Origin: Planctomycetota bacterium
Lineage (GTDB): Bacteria > Planctomycetota > PLA2 > JAEUHO01
Length of the DNA stretch: 64,000 nucleotides
Reading direction: 5' to 3'
NCBI GenBank assembly: GCA_965223505.1
Contig: CBDCWP010000004.1
Location: 15,309 to 79,308 of the forward strand
Part shown: positions 48,113 to 57,985 of the stretch, in pieces
How the letters are laid out: each line of letters opens with the position of its first letter
Numbering within the stretch: position 1 is the first letter of the stretch
The notes under the pieces: model-generated
The model's database searches: none
What the model saw: only the letters and a program-made list of their open reading frames with translations
Told to the model about the DNA's origin: nothing
Translations under genes and position numbers: made by a program

Positions 48113-48319
48113 ATGTTCGACATGAGCAGTAGCACCGACGACAGCACCGAATGTTCGGTCTGCGGCGAGCTCGTTCCCCACAGCCACACCGTCCTGCGAT
48201 CCGGCATCGGCCGCATGTGCTGGTTCTGCCACACGGACGAAAGCATGGATCCCGACGTCCTCGACGGCGAGGACTTCGACGACTACGACGACTACGACGA
48301 TTGGGAAGACTGGGCCTGA
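48113..48319 (+). CDS. small CxxC...CxxC protein with acidic tail (68 aa)
   Basis: RBS AGGAGG. CSVC...CWFC, tail DGEDFDDYDDYDDWEDWA. Confidence 0.65.
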   Translation: MFDMSSSTDDSTECSVCGELVPHSHTVLRSGIGRMCWFCHTDESMDPDVLDGEDFDDYDDYDDWEDWA

Positions 48320-48430
48320 CGCCCGGCGACCCGTCGTTGCTCCCTCTGTTTCGTTCTTTTTGTTTCTCTCTCTCCAACTTCCCTCCCCCTCCAAACGAGA
48401 ACGCCTCATAACGAAGAAAGCGAAGGCACG

Positions 48431-48466
48431 AACGCACCCCGTCTCTCGGCGGGGTGCGTTTTTCTT
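48431..48466 (+). terminator. intrinsic terminator
   Basis: AACGCACCCCG-N8-CGGGGTGCGTT followed by TTTCTT. Confidence 0.7.
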
Positions 48467-48615
48467 CGGGAGTATGTACTTAGCGCACGGGCGGCCAGGA
48501 CGCCGCAGAAATGGGCCTCGGAAGGCCACGCCACCTCGGCGACGCACGCATTCATCAACGGGACTGGGTAGTTGGCGAAAACCGACCAGCCTCGGACCGA
48601 CCAGCGCCGGGCGGC

Positions 48616-49624
48616 CTAGCTCCAGATTACGTCCACGTCAGGTCCGGGAAGGGCGATCCCGTGGCGAAAGTACGCCCAGAATCTGCCACCATGGATAGTG
48701 CCGAAGACGCGGTTTTCGATCTTCCGATATGGCACTCCATCTCGGAAACGAGCATCTCGATTCCAGAGTATCAGATTGCAAATCGCCGTCCCTGCGATCG
48801 CCCGCTCGAAGTTACGCAGGCCAGCCGCAAACTCCGAGTCGTCATAGCGTAGGAGCCGAACCTCACCGCCGGGAGGTCCCGGCTTCCCGGGCACCGGCAG
48901 GTGAGCGACCGTAAGTCGGTAGATCCGAGATGCTCACCAAGTCGAAGATTGGCGAGCAGTCAACGAGCAGCACGCCGTTTTCGAATTCCGTTGACCGAAG
49001 CTGCCTCCTCTTCGCCTCGACAACCTCGACCAGCTTGGACCAGAACTCCGCGACGGTCCGTTGCTTGACTATCTGTGGGTACCGACTCGTAGCCTCACAC
49101 GGGTAAGCGAGTCCGTCTCGTTTGGCGAGGAAGTCTGGTCGGCCCCCCGAAGTGGACGGATCGGCAACAAATTCAATCTCAAAGCCTTCCCGGGCGAGGT
49201 AACCCGCAACGAGGAACATGAAGCCTTGGCCGCGCAGGTTGGGATCATCGGCATCGTCATCCTTCCGATAGCCAACATTCGAGAGTTGCTTGAACTCGTA
49301 GCGAAAGCCGACCGAGTTCGTGTACGGGCGAAGGTGCCAGAGGCTGAACCCGATCGTGCCGAGTGCATCGACGTCGCGGACCAAGCGCACTTGTTCGGGG
49401 TCCTCCGGGCGCCACTCAGGACTGCCGTCGTCGGCCGACTCTATGCGCCGCAGGTTGATTCCGCCGACCATGCGGATGCGATCCGCCAGCCTGCTGTTCG
49501 GGCGGCGACGTTCCAGTTCCTCATAGAGGTAGTTCACCCCCGCAAACAAGACGCTCCAGCAGAGTTGCGGGTGGCGCCAGTTGGCGACGTCGTTCATGAT
49601 CTCAAAGGGGACCTTCTCAGTCAC
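48616..49624 (-). pseudogene. frameshifted gene with a PD-(D/E)XK nuclease-like motif
   Basis: RPDFLAKRDGLAYPCEATSR. The coding frame appears to switch near 48900 into ORF 48616-48894. Confidence 0.45.
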
Positions 49625-49642
49625 GCAAGTGCTCCGGTATCA

Positions 49643-50619
49643 CTACTCGTCGCACCGGATCACCCAATCTTTTCCGTCGCGAATTGGCCGGACGACGAAT
49701 CCATCGAATACTCGGCCCCCGACTTGGTGAGGCTCGTCCTCGTAGTAGACGGTCGCGCCGATGCACGGCTGAATAGGGCGCCGCTCGTTCGAAGCTAGGA
49801 GCACCTGCCACCACGTGCTGTTCTCCTCATTGGCGAACAGCCTGAGGCAGACCATGACCTGATTCTCCTCGGACTTGCCGATCCCGAAGACGTGCTTGGG
49901 GCGAGTCGGGCACTCATCCCGCAGAGGACCAAGCGGGCTCTGCGTCGGGTTGTCGGGGTTGGCGGACAGCGGTCCCCACGGTCGGCCGTCACCAAGAATG
50001 AAGCTCCGCACATCCTCAAACTCGTCTTCGTGCCCTTGCGACCGGTAGATCGCCAGAAAGACGTGGAACGCGACCATCACGATCGCACGTCTCTGGACCT
50101 CGGTGACCTCGTACTTTCGTGCGGAGTCGAAGACCTGCCCCTCATGCATCGGGTCCCGCTCTTCGATCTTGGCCTTCGGGTACAGCTTGCGCAGAAGCTC
50201 GGGAAGGACATCCCCCGTACCAGAAGGTCTTCATGACCTTGCCCTTGTGGCCCGCTCGCTCAATCGCCTCCGCCAGGGCATCTGCCGTCTGAATGTACTC
50301 GGGGACATGCCACGGCGTCGTAGAGCCATCGGCTTCCGTGAAAACCAGTTGTCGGGCTGCACGGCCCGTGCGTCCACCGAGGTCCCGATCCACGAGCATC
50401 GGTCCTTCCACGCCCTCTACCTCAGCGAGCGCCATCTCATAACCCGCCCCTTGTGGACGATTCTTCTTCGGTGGCCGCCCGAGCTTCCAAGGGACCGCAC
50501 GCCGGGCCTGGCTGTAGAAGCCCTTCTGAAGGAGCGGCGTGATCAGTTCATTGCCGAGCCGGATGTTGCAGTCGTGGCATAGGAGCCCCCGCTTGGGTAG
50601 GAATGGCGCGGGGAATCTC
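49643..50619 (-). pseudogene. HNH-like endonuclease, 5'-truncated by IS and frameshifted
   Basis: LLCHDCNIRLG directly after the IS end. A G5 run (50212-50216) shifts the frame into DVLPELLRKLYPK...MHEGQ...RRAIVMVAF...FEDVRSFI. Confidence 0.55.
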
Positions 50620-52016
50620 GGCAGAGCAACGTTCTTTCTGTAAATCGCTGAGCGGTTGATCAAGCGTCGTCCCTCGGCAAGTACCTCCGTCCGGTTTCCC
50701 ATTCCTCGCTGATCTCGATGAGCACCGCGCTTGCGAGCCGCAGCAAGGACGCTTCGTTCGGAAACAATCCGGCGACGCGAGTGCGGCGGCGGATCTGCTG
50801 ATTCAGGTTCTCGAGGCTGTTGGTGGTGCGAAGGCGCTTGCGCTGCGCTTCGTTCAGGCCGAGATCGAACACGGTGAAGCCCTGCGGAATGTTCTCTTCG
50901 GCCCAGCGCGCCAGGTCGGGCGCGGGCTTGTCCCACTTCTTCACGAAGGCCTTGAGCTTCTCTTCGGCCTCGCGACGCGACGTCGCATTGAACGCGGCGC
51001 GAAGGTCAGCGGCAACGTCGCGTCGAAGCTTCTGGCGCGGAACGTAGCTCTGCGCGTTCTGCTGCAGGTGGAACTGGCAGCGCTGCCAGGCCACGCCGGC
51101 GAACCGCGCCGCCAGCGCGGCCGCAATGCCCTTGTGGCCGTCGCTGGTGATGAGCTCGACGCCGTGAAGGCCGCGATCCTGGAGAGAAGCGAGGAACTCG
51201 CGCCAATGGACCTCGGCCTCCGAGAGGCTCACGCTCGTTCCCAGCACGCTGCGCTTGCCGTGAGAATCGACGCCGATGGCGATCAGCACAGCGCAGTCGC
51301 GCACCGATCCGCCGTGGCGCACCTTCTCGTAGCGAGCGTCGAGTACGAGGTACTTGAACGCGCCGAGCGGACGTGTGCGCCAGCGCTCGAGCTCCTCGTC
51401 GAGCAGCGCAGCTGCTCGAGACACGCTCGTGGAGCTGATCTCCAGGCCGTTGCAAAGCACCTTCGTGATCGCCTCGACACGCCGCGTCGAGACGCCCTGG
51501 ACGTACATCTCCGCCAGGGCCAGCGTGAGCGCTCTCTCGCTTCGCTGGCCGCGTTCGAGGCTGGAGGGGTAGAACGTGTCGCCGCCCTCGACGTCGCGAA
51601 CCTGGGGCACCTGGACGTCGATCTCGCCCAAGCGGGTTCTGACGCGCTTGCGCTTGAAGCCGTTGGCGTAGCCGCGGCGCTGATCCGTGCGTTCGTGGGG
51701 CTCGGCGCCGAGGAAGGCACTGCGTTCGACCTTCATGGCCTCGTTCACCAGCACCCGCATCGCCTCAGCCATGCCGTCGAACCCGTTCTCGCTGAGCGCT
51801 TCCAGTGCGTCGCCCCAAGGCGTACGCTGTTCGTGGTGGGTCACGTCGTTCCTCCTTTGCGTGGTGTCGTTACCTGCAAAGGTACGGCGTTGATCCGCCA
51901 CTCAGTTCGCCCCGGGAGATGGCGGCGCGCCCGCTTCGCTTGAATCAGCTAGCTGATTCAAGCGAAGCGAGCGCCTCTCTCTCGGGAGCCATTTACAGAA
52001 AGAACGGTACACCCTC
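50620..52016 (-). mobile_element. IS256-family element, copy A (1397 bp, no target duplication)
   Basis: Imperfect terminal IRs GGCAGAGCAACGTTCTTTCTGTAAAT / GAGGGTGTACCGTTCTTTCTGTAAAT. Flanks GGAATCTC and CGGGCAGT differ. Confidence 0.92.
50660..51844 (-). CDS. IS256-family transposase
   Basis: EMYVQGVSTR, LDARYEKVR, SDGHKG, WQRCQFH, RTTNSLENLN. GTG start after AAGGAGG. Confidence 0.95.
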   Translation of the reverse strand: MTHHEQRTPWGDALEALSENGFDGMAEAMRVLVNEAMKVERSAFLGAEPHERTDQRRGYANGFKRKRVRTRLGEIDVQVPQVRDVEGGDTFYPSSLERGQRSERALTLALAEMYVQGVSTRRVEAITKVLCNGLEISSTSVSRAAALLDEELERWRTRPLGAFKYLVLDARYEKVRHGGSVRDCAVLIAIGVDSHGKRSVLGTSVSLSEAEVHWREFLASLQDRGLHGVELITSDGHKGIAAALAARFAGVAWQRCQFHLQQNAQSYVPRQKLRRDVAADLRAAFNATSRREAEEKLKAFVKKWDKPAPDLARWAEENIPQGFTVFDLGLNEAQRKRLRTTNSLENLNQQIRRRTRVAGLFPNEASLLRLASAVLIEISEEWETGRRYLPRDDA

Positions 52017-52075
52017 CGGGCAGTCCGATATGGATATCGACTACAGAAGAAGAGGAAGACTGGAAGTAGTACGAC

Positions 52076-52327
52076 TCAACGCAGGTCGTCAGCAGTGCCT
52101 GCGAGCCCATCGGCCCCGATACTGAACAATTCGAACGACTTGACACCCAATGTTCGGTACACGAAGGACTGCCCCCATGGGTCCGCGGGCACGGTGAGCA
52201 TCAACTGTGGCCTTGTCGTTCTTAGCTCGTCAAGAGTGATCGGTAACCGATCATGGAGTTCAACAAAGCGCCTAACGAAGTGTTCGAGTTCGCCGATGAG
52301 GCCGTACGCGGTGGTGATTTCATCCAT
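52076..52327 (-). CDS. type II secretion protein G-like C-terminal domain (probable fragment)
   Basis: DPWGQSFVY, FELFSIGADGLAGTADDL. No prepilin leader. Confidence 0.55.
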   Translation of the reverse strand: MDEITTAYGLIGELEHFVRRFVELHDRLPITLDELRTTRPQLMLTVPADPWGQSFVYRTLGVKSFELFSIGADGLAGTADDLR

Positions 52328-52532
52328 GAGGGCCTGTGTGGACGGGCTAGGCGGGAGGTTGACTCTTGATGCCGGGCTTCAAGGCAACGCAACGTGGACT
52401 GTGCTCATTGACTCAAACGACCCATAAAGCGGGGGTCGTCGGTTCGGGGTCGTTTTGGCGGCGGGACGGGTGAACTTCGGGCCTAGGCTCCGCTGAATGT
52501 TCAGCCGAGCGCACCGCGATGAGGTCGTGTCT

Positions 52533-52835
52533 CTAGGGCAGTTGCGCGACGCCTGAACTCTCAAGGTTGCTTGGGTTCTGAATGACGAGGTAATACGTTC
52601 CCGGGGGTAGGTGCTCTCGCCATTCTAGCTCGTTGCCGTTGGGTGGCATCGGCCCCATAAACTTCGTCACGTTGCCCTCCTGCCACTGACGATATTGCTC
52701 CTCCGTCAGGACCATCACCTGGACTTCCGGAGCGAAGCGCAGTCGAAACTCAAAGGGCTTGCTGTTCGGCGGAACCTCGTACCGCACCACCCAGGAATGG
52801 TGCGGGCTGATCCTGAGTACGTGGTTCTGTCGCAT
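52533..52835 (-). CDS. small hypothetical beta-rich protein (100 aa)
   Basis: MRQNHVLRI...VQVMVLTEEQYRQWQEG...PGTYYLVIQN. Non-random composition. Confidence 0.5.
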   Translation of the reverse strand: MRQNHVLRISPHHSWVVRYEVPPNSKPFEFRLRFAPEVQVMVLTEEQYRQWQEGNVTKFMGPMPPNGNELEWREHLPPGTYYLVIQNPSNLESSGVAQLP

Positions 52836-52898
52836 TAGGTAGATGCCTTGTCGCTTTCGGTCACGCCGCTCTTGTCCTTCGGAGGCAACGGTGAGCCG

Positions 52899-54295
52899 GG
52901 CAGAGCAACGTTCTTTCTGTAAATCGCTGAGCGGTTGATCAAGCGTCGTCCCTCGGCAAGTACCTCCGTCCGGTTTCCCATTCCTCGCTGATCTCGATGA
53001 GCACCGCGCTCGCAAGCCGCAGCAAGGACGCTTCGTTTGGAAAGAGTCCGGCAACACGCGTGCGCCGCCGGATCTGTTGATTCAGGTTTTCGAGGCTGTT
53101 GGTGGTGCGCAGGCGCTTGCGTTGCGCCTCGTTGAGGCCATGGTCGAACACGGTGAATCCCTGCGAGATGTTCTCCTCGGCCCAACGCGCCAAGTCGGGC
53201 GCGGGCTTGTCCCACTTCTTTACGAAGGCCTCGAGCTTCTCTTGAGCCTCGCGCCGCGACGTCGCGTTGAACGCGGCGCGAAGATCAGCGGCGACGTCGC
53301 GTCGAAGCTTCTGACGCGGCACGTAAGCTTGTGCGTTCTGCTGCAGGTGGAACTGGCAGCGCTGCCAGGCGACGCCGGCGAAGCGGGCAGCGAGCGCGGC
53401 GGCCAAGCCCTTGTGGCCGTCGCTGGTGATGAGCTCGACGCCATGCAGTCCGCGGTCCTGGAGCGAGCTGAGGAACTCGCGCCAGTGAACCTCGGCTTCC
53501 GAAAGGCTCACGCTCGTTCCCAGCACGCTGCGCCTGCCGTCGTGGCCGATGCCGATGGCGATGAGCAGCGCGCAGTCGCGCACCGATCCGCCGTGGCGCA
53601 CCTTCTCGTAGCGGGCATCGAGCACGAGGTACTTGAATGCCCCGAGCGGCCGTGTGCGCCAACGCGAAAGCTCCTCATCGAGCAGCGCAGCTGCTCGCGA
53701 CACGCTCGTGGAGCTGATTTCAAGGCCGTTGCAAAGCACCTTCGTAATCTCCTCGACACGGCGCGTCGAAACACCCTGGACGTACATCTCCGCCAAAGCC
53801 AGCGTGAGCGCTCTCTCGCTTCGCTGGCCGCGTTCAAGGCTCGATGGGTAAAACGCATCGCCGCCCTCGACGTCGCGCACCTGAGGCACCTGTACGTCGA
53901 TCTCGCCTAGGCGCGTGCGAACGCGCTTGGGCTTGAACCCGTTGGCGTACCCGCGACGCTGCTCGCTGCGCTCGTGCGGTTCAGCGCCGAGGAAGGCACT
54001 GCGTTCGATTCTCATGGACTCGTTGATCAGCACTCGCATCGCCTCGGCCATGCCGTCGAATCCGCTCTCGCTGAGCGCTTCCAGGGCGTCGGCCCACGGC
54101 GTACGCTGTTCGTGGTGGGTCACGTCGATCTCCAATGCAAGTTGTCGTAGACCTGCAAAGGTACGGCGTTGATCCGCCACTCAGTTGACCCCGGGAGATG
54201 GCGGCGCGCCCGCTTCGCTTGAATCAGCTAGCTGATTCAAGCGAAGCGAGCGCCTCTCTCTCGGGAGCCATTTACAGAAAGAACGGTACACCCTC
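52899..54295 (-). mobile_element. IS256-family element, copy B (1397 bp)
   Basis: Same IRs. 8-bp target duplication GTGAGCCG at 52891-52898 and 54296-54303. Confidence 0.95.
52939..54123 (-). CDS. IS256-family transposase
   Basis: Same motifs as copy A. Protein identical to copy C. Confidence 0.95.
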   Translation of the reverse strand: MTHHEQRTPWADALEALSESGFDGMAEAMRVLINESMRIERSAFLGAEPHERSEQRRGYANGFKPKRVRTRLGEIDVQVPQVRDVEGGDAFYPSSLERGQRSERALTLALAEMYVQGVSTRRVEEITKVLCNGLEISSTSVSRAAALLDEELSRWRTRPLGAFKYLVLDARYEKVRHGGSVRDCALLIAIGIGHDGRRSVLGTSVSLSEAEVHWREFLSSLQDRGLHGVELITSDGHKGLAAALAARFAGVAWQRCQFHLQQNAQAYVPRQKLRRDVAADLRAAFNATSRREAQEKLEAFVKKWDKPAPDLARWAEENISQGFTVFDHGLNEAQRKRLRTTNSLENLNQQIRRRTRVAGLFPNEASLLRLASAVLIEISEEWETGRRYLPRDDA

Positions 54296-54743
54296 GTGAG
54301 CCGCCCCCGATAGCCGTGCCACTTCTTAACTCGTAGCCGGCGCCAGTTCCCATGCCTGCCGAGGCAGGCTGAGCGGCTGGGAGCGTGGCTGCACTGAGTG
54401 AGAGCCGCAGACAGGCCCATTGAGACAACTAAGGCCGGGTACAGGTAGGAAACTCGGGCTCGTTGCGCCGGGACGACCCGGAAGTCGCCTCCGCCCCCCG
54501 GTCATTGAAAACGGTCCTGTATCGGGGGTGTGGCGCGGTCGGTGATCCGGTCCCATGGCAGGCAAATGCACTCCGCAGGGGAGAGCCCGCAAGCGGAAGC
54601 GGCGCTATAGACGACGGGCCAGGAGTGGCACTGATCGGAGCGCGAAGGCTGGAGACCCCAGCTAGCAGCCTCTGCCCCGCCCGAGCGTTCTGCACCACCC
54701 TCGCCGTTGCCGTGCCCGCGCAGCAGGTGCAAGATGGGGAGCG

Positions 54744-55655
54744 ATGGTCCGAGCTGCTGTCATCTTGCTGGCGATTCTCGGCTTAGCGGCGTGCGGGGAC
54801 GAAACAGTAAAGGACCCGGAGGCTGAGCGTGAGCCCTACGTGGGCGTCTACCGAGCGATGCCGACAGCTGTGTCCAAGTACCTCTACCGGGATGTCGTCG
54901 CCTACCTCGGACGGGGTGGGATCTTCCGGTTCTGCTGGATGCCGGAAACGCGACGAGCGTCAGGCACCCCCCTCATCGGGACGTGGCGAATCGTCGATGG
55001 CAAGCTCGTTGAGTTCACTGTAACGCACGAAGTCTGGAGTGACGCCGTGCGGGTTGGGGCCTTCATGCGAGGAGGATGCGGTCCCCCGGAGGATCCTGTG
55101 ATACCCCGACTGCCGCCCTGGAAGGTGATCGCAAACCTCGAAGACGGTGGCTTCGTATGGCCGGTCGGAGATCCTGTCCCATTCAAGCGAGTTCCAACCC
55201 CGCCGTGGGCCGAAGAGCATCTCAACTACACAGTCCCGGCCGAAGTGCGCTGGGGGTACGACCCAACCGGAAGCTTCGCCGGATCGTACAGACTCGACAG
55301 GCAGAAGTTCGTTGAGACTCTTCGCGAGTTCGGCTTTCGCAACGTCAGCGCTCTCGCGGCGAACTCAAAGGCCACACTGGAGTTGAATGCTGACGGAGCC
55401 TATTGGTTGGTGGAGAACCGAGCCTGGAAGCAGGAGAAGTGGCGCGAGCCCAAATCATTTCGTGGCCACTGGCTCACTCACGAGGGAATCCTGTACTTGG
55501 TCAGACCCGACGGTAATCGACCGGATGTGCGGCTCGTGCGCAGGCAAGAGGGCCGTCTACTCCTACACGGGAATGACAAGGGTCCGCCCGACGAGCATCC
55601 AGACTGGACCGATTGGTTCGAGCTGCCACTCGCCTTCGTTCGGGCGGGGGAGTGA
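54744..55655 (+). CDS. putative lipoprotein
   Basis: MVRAAVILLAILGLAAC lipobox. Two apparent beta-barrel-like halves (YVGVY.../FAGSY...). Confidence 0.6.
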   Translation: MVRAAVILLAILGLAACGDETVKDPEAEREPYVGVYRAMPTAVSKYLYRDVVAYLGRGGIFRFCWMPETRRASGTPLIGTWRIVDGKLVEFTVTHEVWSDAVRVGAFMRGGCGPPEDPVIPRLPPWKVIANLEDGGFVWPVGDPVPFKRVPTPPWAEEHLNYTVPAEVRWGYDPTGSFAGSYRLDRQKFVETLREFGFRNVSALAANSKATLELNADGAYWLVENRAWKQEKWREPKSFRGHWLTHEGILYLVRPDGNRPDVRLVRRQEGRLLLHGNDKGPPDEHPDWTDWFELPLAFVRAGE

Positions 55656-56423
55656 CGCACCCACAGCCGCGCCAAAACAGCGCCCTTAGCCGCCGCCGCC
55701 CCCTCACCCCACCCAGGCATGCCCCGGCAGCAACGGCGTCGTGAAAGTGCCGCCGCGTCGGGGGCCGAGAGCACAGCGGGGCTGTCTGGGGCAAAGGGCA
55801 GCGTGTGGCGCGGCGGGGTCAGGGGGCCCATCCAGTGAGCCAGTTTGCTTGCACGAGCAGCGTGAGGACGGCGAGCGCATTGTCGGCTGCTCAAGAGCCA
55901 GCGGAGTGCTAGGCATCCGGGAAGGGGAGCCCCTGCTGATCGTACGAAGTCGCAGGGCCGAGCACCGCCTCGACGGTCCTCTTTAGATTCAGAACATCAT
56001 GCGTGGGCGTTTCATCCCACTCTTCGGCCAGCCGGACAATGAGGCCGATCAGCTCACTCTTAGATGGTCACTACCCCCTTCAGGACCTCTGGGACGGCTT
56101 GAACCTGGCGCGGCCGGGAATGACGCCGTGGGCGTGGGCTGGGGCAGTGCGCAGGGCCCGAGATCAGAGCCTTGGAAGTCACTCGCTCAATACCTCGGAT
56201 ATTGGCGGCAACGGGGACGGCGATGCGCCCTGGTAGCCATATGGGTGCCTTATGCAATGCGTATGGCGACGACAAATAGGACACCCCTTCACGCGCCCGC
56301 GCGCGCGCGCGAGGCAACATGGGTGCCGGTCGGTTGCTGCGAGAGGCACGGACGGCATCGAGAAGCAACAAAGGAAGTATGCCCACGACTTGCATCATTG
56401 ATAAGAGTTGATAAGATCGCCCC

Positions 56424-56672
56424 ATGGCAAGACCCGACGAAATGGTCATGATCTCGTTTCAGTTACCCAGCCGTACAGCCAATGCACTTTCACGAAAGGC
56501 AAACGCGAGGCGGATTAGCCGGTCCGCGCTGATTCGAGATCTGATTAAGGCTGGGTTGCAGAGTCAAACGGACCTTGCCTCGGAAATGCGTCAGTTTCGC
56601 CAGGAGATCAAGGACCTCCGGAAGGCAATCGGAGGCGAGGCTGCGCAGAAGCGTGAGAGGAGGAGTCGATGA
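56424..56672 (+). CDS. ribbon-helix-helix (CopG-like) DNA-binding protein
   Basis: ISFQLP...ALSRKA...ISRSALIRDLI. ATGA overlap with the integrase. Confidence 0.65.
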   Translation: MARPDEMVMISFQLPSRTANALSRKANARRISRSALIRDLIKAGLQSQTDLASEMRQFRQEIKDLRKAIGGEAAQKRERRSR

Positions 56673-57985
56673 GCCTCTACAAACGAGGGCGTATATGGTG
56701 GACGAAGTTCTCCGTTGGCGGCGAGGTCTATTACAGAAGTACTCGCACCCGAGACAAGAGGGCTGCCGAAGAGGTCGCACGCGGCATCCGCAGACACGAG
56801 GAACGCAGGCGCGCTGGACTAGTAGATCCCCGGGAGGCGCACGGGGCACGACCGCTTTCTGAGCACCTCAAAGGCTTCAGGTCGACACTCGCAGCCCGGG
56901 GCGTTACGAAGCACCATCTCGACGACCGGATGCGATGCTTGAAAGCCTTCAAGGCGGATACTGGTGCTACCCGGCTAGGCGACCTTGATCTGGCGACGGC
57001 TAGTGACTGGATCGAGGGGATTGCCCGGACCGGGTTGTCCGCCAGAAGCGTCAACCGGCGGATTCAGGCGCTACGCCAGTTCGGGCGCTGGCTGCATCAG
57101 ACCCAGCGAACGGGGTTCGATCCCTTCCGCCAGTTGGGGATGCGGAACGAATCTGAGGACCGTCGACGCGTGAGGCGTTCGCTCTCGCCGCAGGAGTTCG
57201 CCCGACTGTTGAACTCCGCCTTCCGGCGTCCTCTCGAAACGGCCCGCGAGCAGCGTGTCCGGGCTGGTGTCTCAGCCAGCGAGGAGAAGCGGCTTCGGCG
57301 CCTGGGAGGTACACGCGCCCTTGTCTACCTGCTGGCCGCGGGCACAGGCTTGCGCCGCTCAGAGTTGGCTCGCTTGCGCTGGTGCGACTTGGACCTCGAC
57401 CGCGCTCTCTTGACCGTGCCAGCCAGCTCCGCGAAGTCACGGCGGGAGCAGTTCGTTGATCTGCATGGCCATCTCATGGAGGCCCTGGCAGCGTTCAGGC
57501 CGGAGGACGCGGAGGCTACCGACACCGTGGTGCCGCGGGGGAGCTTCCCCAACATCAAGACCTTCACAAAGGACTTGGAGGGCGCGGGTATCCCGAAAGT
57601 GGACGACACGGGCCGCGTGGTGGACCTCCACGCCCTAAGGACGAGTTTCATCTCGTGGTGCGCCGCGAACAATGAGCATCCTCGGGTTGCGCAGGCACTG
57701 GCGCGGCACTCGTCGATGAAGACGACGATGTCGCACTACGTAGACCTTCGGCTGATGGACACGCGCGGCGCCGTCGAGCGGCTGCCGATGCCTAGGCTGG
57801 CCGCAGACGGGAAACTGTCACCGATACTGTCACCATCCTCTGACCCTTCCTTGCCTGTGGCTGCATCTCTTCGCAACGAGGGCGGCGTCGGTGACGCAAT
57901 ACCCTCCGCCCTGAGCCCTGAGTTTGGAGGGTGTACCGTTCTTTCTGTAAATGGCTCCCGAGAGAGAGGCGCTCGCTTCGCTTGA
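56669..57985 (+). CDS. tyrosine recombinase/integrase (3' end interrupted by IS copy C)
   Basis: N-terminal LYKRGRIWW arm-binding-like segment. Catalytic residues in GLRRSEL, AKSR, HALR, ARHSS, TMSHY. Confidence 0.92.
   Translation: MSLYKRGRIWWTKFSVGGEVYYRSTRTRDKRAAEEVARGIRRHEERRRAGLVDPREAHGARPLSEHLKGFRSTLAARGVTKHHLDDRMRCLKAFKADTGATRLGDLDLATASDWIEGIARTGLSARSVNRRIQALRQFGRWLHQTQRTGFDPFRQLGMRNESEDRRRVRRSLSPQEFARLLNSAFRRPLETAREQRVRAGVSASEEKRLRRLGGTRALVYLLAAGTGLRRSELARLRWCDLDLDRALLTVPASSAKSRREQFVDLHGHLMEALAAFRPEDAEATDTVVPRGSFPNIKTFTKDLEGAGIPKVDDTGRVVDLHALRTSFISWCAANNEHPRVAQALARHSSMKTTMSHYVDLRLMDTRGAVERLPMPRLAADGKLSPILSPSSDPSLPVAASLRNEGGVGDAIPSALSPEFGGCTVLSVNGSRERGARFA
57814..57834. repeat. tandem ACTGTCACC direct repeats, candidate integrase arm sites
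   Basis: Copies at 57814-57822 and 57826-57834, about 130 bp from the tRNA 3' end once the IS is removed. Confidence 0.45.

Noticed and set aside
55656..56423. ORFs between the lipoprotein and the RHH gene
   Set aside because: No RBS, motif or codon bias supports any frame.
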